A DNA stretch of 58,431 nt, the filler included, from Sphacelaria rigidula (lineage: Eukaryota): assembly GCA_964200075.2 (NCBI GenBank). It is 9 parts of 9 records of this genome, joined end to end, with 100 filler letters (N's around TTAATTAATTAA, not from the genome) between each part and the next. Parts side by side here need not be neighbours in the genome. Positions count along the whole stretch, not along the records: positions 13,009 to 19,412 come from CAXNAA020020282.1; positions 19,513 to 25,916 come from CAXNAA020020283.1; 7 more parts are not named here. The stretch is one strand, 5' to 3'. Both the position numbers and the translations under genes were made by a program. Below the pieces are notes generated by a model. The model saw only the letters and a program-made list of their open reading frames with translations, was not told the DNA's origin and did not search any database. Shown piece by piece: positions 12,909 to 24,461 of this stretch (position 1 is its first letter; every line of letters starts with the position of its first letter).

Positions 12909-13008
12909 NNNNNNNNNNNNNNNNNNNNNNNNNNNNNNNNNNNNNNNNNNNNTTAATTAATTAANNNNNNNNNNNNNNNNNNNNNNNNNNNNNNNNNNNN
13001 NNNNNNNN
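12909..13008. other. Artificial contig linker
   Basis: N44-TTAATTAATTAA-N44. Confidence 0.99.
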
Positions 13009-13481
13009 CCCCCGCCAGGGCATAATCAACAAAACTTCGTGGACCAGATTTTTTTCCATCCACTCTTTCACTGGTTGAGGGCGTGCTAGTATGGTCAAGA
13101 CCATTTCTTCACGAGAATTAGTGTGTCGACGTTCATGTAGCCCTCTGTTGGAAACATAAACCAACGGAGAAAAGCTAAAAATTCTCATTTCAACGAGATT
13201 TGATTCGCGATACGTTGGAAATGGCCCAAGTTTCAAATCGCACTCATAACAATCACGCTGTGAGATTGAGATAGGATCCAACAGCGTGCTCATTTCTCCT
13301 CAAAATTGCCCTCAAGAAAAAAAGCCGTATCCCACTCCCATCATGCACAAGCGGTTCTCCATACGAAATTGATGGCATAAACCTCGAAAACTGAGATGCG
13401 GTCTCCAGGTTTTTATCATCTAGTGACGTTGCTAGTAGGAAGTCGTCTTGTGTGGCAACCAACCCGTACGCACACACTGAC

Positions 13482-13827
13482 ATGAGAATTCAAGTCCGTC
13501 CGAATCCGATGTTCTCACCTGGATTGATTTTTCGGACCCCAGTCCGTTGGGCGATGTTTTTCGCCTAGCTCCAGGGAAACAACACTAATTCCGCGATTCT
13601 CTGGACGTGGACTCTTGGTTCATCACCTTTCTGCGCAGATCGGGAGGCCCCTGTATTTCCGCCGAATCTGGGCGACCACAAGGATGGTGGACCAAGAGTC
13701 AGTGCCCTGAGAATCGAGAAGTGACCTGGTTTCATTTCACCTGGGCGAAAAACACCTGTTCATTTCACTGGGGTCCGAAAAATCAATCCACAGGAAAATC
13801 GGATGCAGACGGGCTGGAATCCTCGTA
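13482..13827. mobile_element. About 345-bp MITE-like element with long imperfect TIRs (possibly Tc1/mariner-like)
   Basis: Perfect 24-bp inverted pair 13520-13543 / 13767-13790 within about 90-bp imperfect inverted arms. The right end reads CCTCGTA (TACGAGG on the minus strand). Confidence 0.6.
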
Positions 13828-14176
13828 TTTGTACAAACACGGATTGGTTGCTTTACAAGATTGTCTGATACACTAATTCAAGTATGAAACCTCATGTGCG
13901 CCGTGTCTCGAAACCACGAACGCGTCCAGGCCGACGATCTCTGCTGCAACACCCCAAACATGGGATTGTCCCTTCAGCGTCAACAATACTTCCGACGGAA
14001 CACAGGCTTGTACAGTCAGTTCAAAACAAATAAATCAGGGCTCCACATACCTGGACGCTAGTCTCCATTCTTGTGTTTCAATGGAATCAGGGCGCGGATG
14101 TTTCTCCAGGATCTTCGCCGAGTATCTTGCACAGATGAATCATAACGAGGGGGCGTTTTTCCTTCTAGGGGCGCGG

Positions 14177-14202
14177 GTGGTGTTGAGTAAACACCAGGGA
14201 TT
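14177..14202 (-). promoter_or_regulatory. Histone 3'-UTR stem-loop element (H2B)
   Basis: Minus strand AATCCCTGGTGTTTACTCAACACCAC, identical to the H2A copy. The stem starts about 78 nt after the stop. Confidence 0.8.
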
Positions 14203-14273
14203 GTGTTGTTTGGCAATACTCTCGGTGGAAGGACCGGGCTGCCCGCTGCTCGACTACATCGTGAAAGGACAGA

Positions 14274-14624
14274 CTAGGACGAGGTGAACTTGGTCACAGC
14301 CTTCGTGCCCTCGGACACGGCGTGCTTGGCCAACTCTCCGGGAAGCATCAGACGCACGGCCGTTTGCACCTCGCGAGAGGACAGGGTGGACTTCTTGTTG
14401 TAACGAGTCAGCTTGCCGGACTCCCCCGCCACGCGCTCGAACACGTCGTTGATGAATGAGTTCATGATGGACATGCCGCGCTTGGAGATACCCGTGTCGG
14501 GGTGCACCTGCTTGAGCACCTTGTAGATGTACGACGAGTACGACTCCACCTTCTTGGCCTTCTTCTTCTTGTCTCCGGCCTTCTTGGGGGCCTTAGCAGA
14601 CTTCTTCGACGGTGTCTTGGCCAT
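14274..14624 (-). CDS. H2B: Histone H2B (116 aa, intronless)
   Basis: [11 protein letters not shown]...[42 protein letters not shown]...[25 protein letters not shown]. The likely start is the ATG at 14624, not the upstream start in the ORF track. Confidence 0.98.
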   Translation of the reverse strand: MAKTPSKKSAKAPKKAGDKKKKAKKVESYSSYIYKVLKQVHPDTGISKRGMSIMNSFINDVFERVAGESGKLTRYNKKSTLSSREVQTAVRLMLPGELAKHAVSEGTKAVTKFTSS

Positions 14625-14962
14625 CGTGCGAGGTGTCGATCTCTGAGGTAGGGTAAGATGAGATGTGGTTGTGTTGGAGTGGGGCGAGTTGCTCAACGGT
14701 TCCGATTCAAAATTGGTCGTGAAGGAGGCATGTCTGTTTGATATTCCGGTTCATACCTCACGTGTGTGCTTGTGCCCAATCGGCGATGTTAGTAGGATTT
14801 GGGCAGAGGCGTTCTTGGTTTGTTTTCGAATTTTCCGATGACCGATGACTTGATGGATTTCAACTACGGCCACAGGCAGCGAGACAAGGCCACCGCCCCA
14901 ACAGCCTAACATACCACACCTCATCATCCCCACAGGAAAGCAGCAACTGATACCAATCAACC
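14625..14962. promoter_or_regulatory. Putative bidirectional H2B/H2A promoter region with 5' UTRs
   Basis: 338-bp spacer between divergent start codons, containing CCAAT/ATTGG motifs. Function is inferred from geometry. Confidence 0.65.
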
Positions 14963-15340
14963 ATGTCTGGCAAGACAAAGGGCGGACGTGGTGAGGGCAA
15001 GAAGTCTATCACCAGGTCAGCCAAGGCCGGCCTGCAGTTCCCGGTTGGTCGAATTGGCCGTTTCCTGAAGAAGGGCAAGTACGCATCTCGCGTGGGCGCC
15101 GGTGCCCCCGTGTACCTGGCGGCTGTGCTGGAGTACTTAACTGCCGAGGTGCTTGAGCTGGCTGGCAACGCCGCACGCGACAACAAGAAAGCCCGCATCG
15201 TGCCCCGCCACGTCCAGCTTGCTGTGCGCAACGACGAGGAGCTGAACAAGTTGCTCGGGGAGGTGACGATCGCATCCGGCGGTGTGTTGCCCAACATCCA
15301 CGCTGTCCTTCTGCCCAAAAAGGTGGCGAAGAAAGACTGA
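14963..15340 (+). CDS. H2A: Histone H2A, canonical type (125 aa, intronless)
   Basis: [97 protein letters not shown]. There is no C-terminal SQ(E/D) H2A.X motif. Confidence 0.98.
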   Translation: MSGKTKGGRGEGKKSITRSAKAGLQFPVGRIGRFLKKGKYASRVGAGAPVYLAAVLEYLTAEVLELAGNAARDNKKARIVPRHVQLAVRNDEELNKLLGEVTIASGGVLPNIHAVLLPKKVAKKD

Positions 15341-15414
15341 GCGCCCCCGACCTACTTGTGCCCGCGGCTTAACCCAGACACATTGTGTCTGGCGAAAGGC
15401 ACATTCGAAAAACA

Positions 15415-15440
15415 AATCCCTGGTGTTTACTCAACACCAC
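15415..15440 (+). promoter_or_regulatory. Histone 3'-UTR stem-loop element (H2A)
   Basis: AATCCC-TGGTGTT-TACTC-AACACCA-C. The stem starts about 80 nt after the stop and the motif is identical to the H2B copy. Confidence 0.8.
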
Positions 15441-16039
15441 TCGTTTCAAAAAGGTTGGCTGACCTCACGGCATGGGCAGCATACCTGTTGCACAGGTTAC
15501 TAAAATGGCCCGTACTGCGCAGTCGTGCTGACGGTGCATCGTATGATGGACCAGTCCCAAGGCAAATAGCTCATGTTCTCGGGGCGTTTCTGCAGAAGAG
15601 TGGTTTCCATGCGACTGCTTCCGGCGGAGCAGACAGGAGCAAGGGTACGAGAACAGTGACTTGATGTGCCGATACTCCATTTCAGGTGCTCTGCAATACT
15701 CGTCTTGAGCTTATACTCCGCAGGTAGCTCTGAATACTCGGTATATTTGGCGGTCGATATCTCTAGATTCTCTTCGAATTCTGAGCGCGAAAATGATCTG
15801 AAACACTGTTGAGTCACATCGAAGGCCAGAGGGGGCACTTTCAGACAGCTGCTGCAATGGCGGGAGGAGGCTCATGGGAAATTCATCGTAATTTTATTTT
15901 CGTTTCAAGCACACAAAAAGCTTCTCATAATTTTTAATCTCGCCCTCAGCTTGAAAATAAAAAAACTGATTGAGGTCGAAAAAAACAAGTAGAGCCAAAC
16001 TTCATGCGCGCATACAAAGCAAAAGCCTAACCATGTCCC

Positions 16040-16520
16040 TGTACTCCGAAGGAAAGCTCTTTCCTACTGTCATCTGCAGCTTTGCATTGATCGTAATCTC
16101 ATATCTACTCCGCCACGCCACCCGAACGTTGCCGTTGGTGAACACCCTCGCTGAATCAAATAACCAAACCCACGAAGCCTCAGCGGTTACTCTGTGGCCT
16201 CCTATCCTAGGTATAAATACTGCATATATTTGCACACCGTGCAACCGATCTACTACAGCTATACTCGCAAGCGCAACTTGTGAGCACTGCGGAAACGCCC
16301 AACACACAGGAGCAACTTGGCTACTGCGGAGACTGCTCATGTGGAAGAGCGCAACTTTTTCGTGGACTTCGGGTTAGAACGATCCATGTACCATCCCCCC
16401 TACGTTTCCCGTGACGACGGTTTCGAGAAATTGGGCTGATGTGACGAAAAAGGGGCCAATTTCAAGCGTACCGATATACGATATACGATATACGATATAC
16501 GATATTCGATATCGATACAT
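16040..16520. repeat. Dispersed repeat (probable non-autonomous DNA transposon) with CGATAT subterminal repeats
   Basis: Homologous to about 52180-52600 and ends in (CGATATA)n. Confidence 0.7.
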
Positions 16521-16739
16521 ATTATACTCACTCATCCCAAAAGTGTCAAACTCCTACCTCCCTTTCGGGGCTTGAAACGGCGAGGAATCAAAATGATTTT
16601 TGATTACAGGGCTTCGCCATAAGGCCACTTTTTTATGTAGAAAAAACTCTTGGTTGAGAGGTGCCTTTTTGATCCTTCTCCGTCGTTATGCGCCCGAATA
16701 GGGAGAGTTTACCACACATCGGACAGACCGGCTCCCTAA

Positions 16740-18160
16740 AGCTTGAGCTAGCTCTTTTTCAGCTTAGCTACCAGTGAGCTTTGAGAGCTACATGAGCTAC
16801 ACATGTTTACCATACGTGAGCTGCCAACCCGTATCTCATCAGCTCAAATTCGTCCTGGGTGAGCTATTGAGAGCTGCATGAGTTACACATGTTTGCCCTG
16901 GATGAGCTATGAGAGCTACATGAGTTACGCATGGTTGCTCCAGATAAGCTTAAGAGCTGCGGGAGCTACGCCGATCTTGGAGTTGTTTCTGTTCCGATGC
17001 TCATCCACGTTGATATTGTACGTACGTGACGATGGTTAGATGTCAACACACCTGTGTTCCCTTTCGAGTAGCGATGGAACTACTTTTTGTAAACATCAAC
17101 ATGGCTACATGAGAAATCATCCGCATCATAGCCACCACATACGCACACACAACGACACACACACAATTCGCCCTGCATGGTGACCGCGGGGGGCAGCAGC
17201 TGTAGCGGCGCTTCAGTAGGAAATGACTGCTTGATCCTCCACGTCCTTTGTATTTCCAAAGCAATCGCGACGTTCGTTGAAGTTCGAGTCGTTGTTAAAT
17301 ATTTCCAGGACTCCTTCTGTCCTTCCTGGCCGCAGTGGCGTTAATATGAAGATCGCTGTGTATCTCCATCCCCACAGTCCGGGTACAGTATGGCGGTACC
17401 CCCCGGCATGAGTAATTTCTCGTTTTTTTCTGCTGCACGAGTATGGGCACGCGTGCATGATGTTTTGCTTCTTTCCTTGCCAAAAGGAGGAAACCTGATT
17501 CACAACAAATCGGTTCGTGTGCGGATTGCCGACTTATTTTCTTTCTATCGCTAAGAGTGAGGCAAAACATCACAACCTAATGATATGTGACGCCATTCTT
17601 TCGAACAAAAACGTTATATCATAAGCGACACCGGGTTGCTCAGCGGCGACCTAGGCACATCACGTGAGTGAGCTACGAGCATGCGTCCCTGGAGTGAGCT
17701 ACTGGGCCTAGCTCATCCATTTATGTTTTCCCCGGGTGAGCTATAAGAGCTGCGTGAGCTACACACGTTTACCCTGGGTGAGCTATCGAGCGTATTCATC
17801 CGCATGTGTTTTTTTCCTGGGTGAGCTATGACAGCTACATGAGTTACACATGTTTGCCCTGGGCGAGCTATGACAGCTATATGAGCTACACATGGTTGCC
17901 ATACGTGAGCTGCCAACCCGTAGCCCAATAAGCTCATATTCGTCCTGGGTGAGCTAAGGGAGCTGTATGAGCTACACATGTTTGTCCTTGTTCGAGCTAC
18001 CAATCTGTAGCTCATCAGCTCATATTTGTCCTGGGTGAGCTATGAGAGCTGCGTGAGCTAAGCATGTTTGCCCTGGAGATACGCTTATCAGCTTAAATTC
18101 TCCCTGGGTGAGCTATGAGAGCTGCATGAGCTACGCATGTTTTTCCTGAGCGAGCTACCA
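16740..18160 (+). repeat. Degenerate minisatellite of about 42-bp GAGCTA-rich units, in two blocks (about 16740-16985 and 17660-18160)
   Basis: Repeated consensus GGGTGAGCTATGAGAGCTGCATGAGCTACACATGTTTGCCCT. Confidence 0.85.
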
Positions 18161-18994
18161 AATCTTGCTTTTTTTTTCTCTCGCACTTTGAACTCCTCCC
18201 CTTCCTCGGGATGAGTCCGTGGTCTCAAGGGATCAACCCATCTCTTCCCCGGTATGCGCCTTACATTTTGGTCTCGCAGATTGGGTCAGCACTCCCTCAC
18301 CGCGTCAACTCACGTCGGACAAACTCAGTCGACTACTTTTGTTTGCTCACGTTCTCACGCTTCCCACGGTGGAAATTAGAAACTATGAAGATAAAACCCA
18401 ACGTGCTTTCGCGTGCCACCGATCATCCAAGTGAGCGTTTCATCCCGAAGTTTGGGGATCGGGAGATACTACTAGGCATCCGCTCCACATTCCAAAATAA
18501 GAATCGTCAGACCCACTTCTATGACAACAAATCTCGATTTATTTGCGACCCCGGTTTTGACAAAATCGGGGGGACTCAAATCTGTGAACTCAAAATCGGG
18601 GTGACCGTTTTACGGTATAGACAACAGTACAGTTATCACAGAGTTTTGAAACGGTTCTGTACACAGACGGTCATTTTCTGCACGCGTGAGGCACTGCGTA
18701 CTCGTGCACAAGGGGCCTTACAGACTGGAATAAGTCATTCACCGCCCCCGATTCCCGAAAACCTCATTCTGGGCGACGGGCTGGGGAGGGGGGGGGCTAG
18801 GGTACCCCATTTTGGATGGGTAGGCACCCCCTTGATCAGATGGATAATGACGATCGCAGGTACTGTACTATGAAGCACGTGCATGAACGGCTTTTCCTGG
18901 CTTGTGCCAGACTTATGTACAAGCTGCGCATGCTATGGCTGCACGGCAGGTGTTAAGGGTACGTCGAGCCTTGGCTAAGCAACGTCTGTATTTG

Positions 18995-19240
18995 CTGTGT
19001 CTGTGTCTGTGTTGTCCTCCCATCTGTTCTGGACGCCAGTCTACACCTTTCGGTATATATGAGCGCACGAGCCGGGGTCACACAGGAGGAGGGCCAACAC
19101 AGGACTTTTTTTTTTATTTGTTTTAGTTTTCCACCTCCTGCACCTTCCTGCCGCGGTGCTTACCTGTTTTTCCTTTTATAGACAGAGGGGTTCAGCACTC
19201 CCTTTCCCTCGTCGACCGTGGGGTCGAACTTAATTGCAAC
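18995..19240 (-). mobile_element. SINE body, 5'-truncated (family of 29052-29396)
   Basis: Shares TTCTGGACGCCAGT...GGGTCACACAGGAGGA...GAGGGGT.CAGC...CCTCGTCGA with the full-length copies. Confidence 0.75.
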
Positions 19241-19412
19241 AGATTATGCCAGCATGGAAAAATAATATACAGAACTGTGACTTGTTGGCTAGTTTCTTTA
19301 GCGACACCATCTTCACGAGATTCTCATTTGTTGCTTCTACCTGTTTTGCTGTGCAGTATGCCGACCTTTAGAGATTGCCCCTCGACAGCTGTTCGGACGC
19401 GGGCACTGCCTA

Positions 19413-19512
19413 NNNNNNNNNNNNNNNNNNNNNNNNNNNNNNNNNNNNNNNNNNNNTTAATTAATTAANNNNNNNNNNNNNNNNNNNNNNNNNNNNNNNN
19501 NNNNNNNNNNNN
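19413..19512. other. Artificial contig linker
   Basis: N44-TTAATTAATTAA-N44. Confidence 0.99.
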
Positions 19513-20519
19513 CGGTGTGATTGCGATCGACGAGGTGTGCACCCGCGTAGACCTGCGTGCGTCGTCGTCAGGAGTGGGCTTTTCTCGGATCCTATTATTC
19601 TCGTTTCCCCCCGTAGACGTGATCGTGCCCAACAACTCCTAGGCGGTTTTTGTGTTGCACTGTTCGGTTTTATCTCGGGTATGTCACCATGTGACCACGG
19701 CTGGATCCCAGGTGGGCCAGTTAGAGTGCGACTGTCTATCAGTCAACCATTCAATCAATCAACCAATCAAAACTGTTTGTGGCTGTGTGAGCACTTGGTG
19801 CTGTCCCTCTTGGTCGTACTAGACTTTTCTACCGTACCATGATTGAGTGTGCTACTTTCCCCCCCCGCCTTGTGCAGCTTGTCTGATTATTTCAAAAGGG
19901 ACTTTTGACGGGGAGGGGGGCAGGTCCTTTTGGTCAAATTTTCATTTTGCCCACGTGTGCTTGCCTTCATGCGTGTTCTCCTACAGCTGCTGCGGAAGGA
20001 AAATGAGTACGCACTTCGAACGAAAGGTGAGCTCAACAGCTCAGCATGAGCGAGGTGAAACAAATGGGCGGCGCTTGTATTCCTTTTTGGGCACACAACC
20101 TATGGCCCTCGAAGGAATTGCGCTGAACCCACTTCTTTCACGCGCCGGACAGCTCGTGGGCTACACAAATATCACTTCTTATTAGTGTACTGACCTCAAT
20201 ACCGTCATGAGCTACGGTAGCTCGTTCGTCCCCTTAATCCACATTTGCTCCCTGCAGCACGGGATGCCGAGTACGGAGAGTAGCGCGAAGGTAGGGCTTT
20301 CTCGTCCCGGACCCGATGTCACGTGCTGCTTTGCTTTTTGAAGTTTTGGACAACGGATCTGGGAGTCCTCTTGGAATTCTTGTTGTATTTTTAGGTAGCT
20401 CATGAGCTATCCGACATGTGACTTCTTCCGAGACAGCACACCGTCGAAGAGCTGCTGGCAATACAGGCCGTACTCGTGGCGCAAATATGACGATAAAGTG
20501 GTGAGACCTACACACCCTG

Positions 20520-22505
20520 GACAATAGACGGCATCTATTGCAATAACAATAGAACCTGCTGCAGTAGATGCTAATACTGTCGTCCGTAATGGCCATCGAT
20601 AGACCAGTTTCCCACATTCTTGTCTGGGCAGCAGTCTGCTGTGGCCCTACGCCGAAAACTATTGCGGCCGACCACATGCATCGGTCGATAGCTTTCCATA
20701 TCCATTGATGACCACAATGGCTATCGATAGACCGCGTGCCAAATCTATTGATGACGACGATGGCTATTGACAGATTGCAAACCAAACCTATTGATGACGG
20801 CAATAGCTACTGATAGATTACGAATAAATCTATGCATGGCGGCAATGAGTATCGATAGACACATACCAGAATCTACTGTGGTATACAATGCCTACCGGTA
20901 GATCTTCTCCGTCGTCTATTGCCACATCTACATCGCAATATTCTACGTACAGAGTATATTATACTCCGTTAAGGTACGGTCGAGAAGCCGAAGGTGGACA
21001 TGCAGTAGGTATTTCATGATGCTACTTGTGAATGTATGACATCGCGTTTCTACGATTTTGAAACGCTTGCATTTTGTAGGAATCCGCAATATGTGTGGAC
21101 AAGAGTTTACAACTTTCGTTGTTGGTGAGGTGTTGGTACTTATGATTATCCAGCTGATGGACACGAACGCTTATTATAGTACTTTTGTGTGTGGGTGAGA
21201 TGTGCTTATACCCTGGACAATAGACTACGTAATAGAACATTGGCGTTGCAATAGCCCCGGAAATTTGACCGCCAATGTCCATTGAGTCATCCTACGATAG
21301 GGGGGGGGGTATTTTGGGCCATTTGTTGCTCGAAATTTCCAGTCAGATCGTCGTTGAAAGCAGTTACGGTTGTTCGAACAAGCTTTTTGTGGATTAATAA
21401 TGCTCATCCATACTGCCTGAAACCGTTTGGAACCAAATACAAGCGCAGCGCAAGTCTGGAAGGATGTCTGATACACTTAAGAGCCTATTTTTCGTGCAAC
21501 CAAATACCCCCCCCCCAATCGTAGGATGACTCCAATGTCAGTCATAATCGACTGGCATGAATGTCTATCGATAGCTATTGCAGGCGACAAAGGACTCGGG
21601 ACACGGGATAGAATGCATCATCGCCGTGACAATGGAGGGGCCAAGTTGTCTATCGATATATTTATTCTGTTGCAATAGGCTCTGGATTGTGGACACCAAT
21701 ATATGTTGCTAATCACAATAGGATCTGCCACGCGGCCATCAATACATATTGTTGCTTACAATAGGATATCAATTGCGCCCAGCAATGTCTACCGCTGGTC
21801 ACAATGCCGTCTGAATCGCGGTCACCAATATCTATTGCTGACTACAAAAGTAGCTGAATGGCGTCGAATACTAGCTCTATGTATGCACATATTTCGATGT
21901 ATGTCTCCACCTCATGCAACAGAAGCTATGGCCAGCTATCGCCTCAGGTCGTTGCGTGTTCTTGTGTGAGGGGTATTGCCGTTGATGTCATAAGACCACT
22001 GCAGTGAACAATGTACTTTTCATAACCTATCATTAGTGTCACTGGCTATCGATAGGTGCTCCCGAGAATAATCGATTGCTGACGGCGATGCCCATTTTGA
22101 TAGATACCGAAAAATTGATTGTTGGCGGCAGAGGCTACCGATAGATAGCTCGACAAATCTATTGATGACGGTAACAGGTATTGATAGATGGATCACCTAA
22201 TCCATTGACGACGGCAATGACTATCAATGACTGGCTCACCAAACCTGATGATAACAGCAATGACTATCGATGGATGGCTCACCAAACGTTTTGATGACGG
22301 CAATGGCTATCGATATATACATCCCAGAATCTATTGCGGTACACGATGTCCATCGATGGCGAGTGATCCTCATCTATTGTAATTGCCATAGGCTATCGAT
22401 CGACTATTGCAACATCTATTGTCCCTTGCAATGCATATCAATATTTGTTTCTCACCATCTAACGTTTTCGATAGTATATATTGATAGATTTTCCCCGTGT
22501 CTATT
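20520..22505 (+). repeat. Degenerate ATCGAT/CTATTG-rich repeat region with units of about 40 bp, in two related blocks
   Basis: Units resemble GACGGCAATGGCTATCGATAGA..AAATCTATTGAT. Segment 20840-20925 aligns with 22297-22390. Confidence 0.7.
21284..21532. mobile_element. 249-bp MITE with GAG...CTC termini (Sola-like)
   Basis: TIR GAGTCATCCTACGATAGGGGGGGG / CCCCCCCCAATCGTAGGATGACTC. Flanks CATT/CAAT give a TSD with one mismatch. Confidence 0.88.
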
Positions 22506-24461
22506 GCTGAAGCAACGGACTATTATTGTGCCCATTGTCCAGAGTGTGTGTGAAGACCTGTGTTGGAAGTTTTTTCGTCAAAGTGTGGCGGTGTTCTGTT
22601 ATATTATTCCGGATCACGTCATCGCACAGTAGAATAGACCACGGCCATCCTGGACCCGTTGGCGTTGTTGTCCTGGCATGCAGATACGCCTGTACACTGC
22701 CTGACGCTTTACAAGGCACAGCACGGTATTATCAATGGCTATGTTGCGAACACCCCATCCGATGTAGGGCTCGAGCATGCTCCAGACCGATGCTTCGAAA
22801 AGTTATTTCTCTTGCTGATACATTCTGGCCGTATGAGGGCTTGCCAGTACTCGTACACAAAGAGAAACGCCCATCACCCTTGAACGGGTCGAAATTACTT
22901 CGTTCGTGCGGTAGAATGGCCGTCTTCGGGTTTTGAAATTGCAAAGCCGACGTGGGAATGACAATGGAAGACACGAGAAACCGATGTTCTCTAGACCTAA
23001 CGCGGTGTCAGTGCCGCTCATTCGTCGTCCAAGAGTGTCTAGGGCAGCCGGGAGAGTACGGTTAAAGAGTATTTGAAATGGGGGCATGTTGGAAGGGATG
23101 GATGCATCTGGGAGCGTATGTTTGGTCCAACACGTTGGGTCTACGTACCCATCCCACTCGTCCCTGCCCTCTCAATGGTACCTTGACCTCCTGGGTGGTT
23201 TGCGGGACGGTAGTCCATCGATACCTTAAGTAATCTACATAAATACCTCACTCATGTTGCTGCAGGCTCCCCCCTTTTTGGCTGTAAACTAGTCTAGGAA
23301 TAATGAATCTTTGACACAGGATCAATAGAAGGATGCAGGCCGTTGGTGTCGACGTTTTCGTCGGTCGGGAGTAGGCAAAAGGGTTTTGGTGCCCAGTCGA
23401 TAACCTGTGGTATGTATCGAATACCGGACGTATATATGCAGTGAGTATTCTGGAAGTCGATCTCCAGTATCAATCAGGGTTACAAAAGACAACTCTTCTG
23501 CATCGTTATAAGTTGAGACCGGCCTTTTCCCAGCGTCTGTTCCCGTATGATCGAGCGTACTCGCGGTAGTCTCTGTTCGTCCTGTTCGAGCAGAAATGAC
23601 CCTACAAAAATAGTATGGTGTGTGCTAGTTCAGTGTGCCCGTATTCAGTGTGTACCAGTGCTGTCACGTCACAAATCAGTTGTCGCTGAATGACTAAACT
23701 TGACATATCACCGCTCCTGAGAAACAGTAGCACTCGAACCCCAACCCCGTGCATAGCTTGGAGCAGCGTTTCCACTCGAACACTCGCTCCTCGCGCCATG
23801 AGTCCAGCTACAGCTCCCACCCTCGTGGAGCCGCGCAGCTCGCCACTAACCGGTACATCTGCACCGCCAAACCAATGCGACAGATCCTCCGCCCCAACAT
23901 ATGCTTGCGCATTTGCAAACGCTCGTTCTTCAGTCGCTTTTTCAGACCGAACAGGAGGCGAAACGGAATCATCTACACAGTCCCGAACAGCAACGCCTCC
24001 TGATGGTATACTATTCTCCTCAAACACCAAGCGGCGAAACAGTGGAGACACCTCCGCCATCGCCGCCAAATACGCCAAAGCTGTCCATGTAAACAGCAAT
24101 GCACACGACCACCCCAACACCACGCGGCGCTCGTTGTCGCCGTCAGAATTGTGATCGCTAACAGCATCACGAGCTTGCAGCTCGCTCTGTGTACCCGCTT
24201 CACGCGGGTCACACGCCCCTGTTGTTTCGATCATGCACGGCGTATCCACAGCTACGCGCTGCTCCGGCGACAATTCCACCAACTCGGCATCCACCTATCC
24301 TTCAAGCAGACACCCTTTCAAATCATCTGAACGATCTCCCGCTATGTCACTGGCGCAGATAGATTCATCATGAGCACGGCAAGCTCCTTGCTCACCCTGC
24401 TCGTTCGCAATACGCGAATAACACCCCCCTTCAGCTCCAAGCATGCGAGGAGTATCTCCAG

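Noticed and set aside
14625..14696. N-terminally extended H2B (140-aa ORF call)
   Set aside because: The extension depends on a non-ATG start. The ATG at 14624 gives a normal H2B.
14860..15318. 152-aa minus-strand ORF
   Set aside because: It is the antisense shadow of the GC3-rich H2A gene.
18211..18873. 220-aa ORF as a gene
   Set aside because: It begins in SINE-like sequence and has no recognisable domain.
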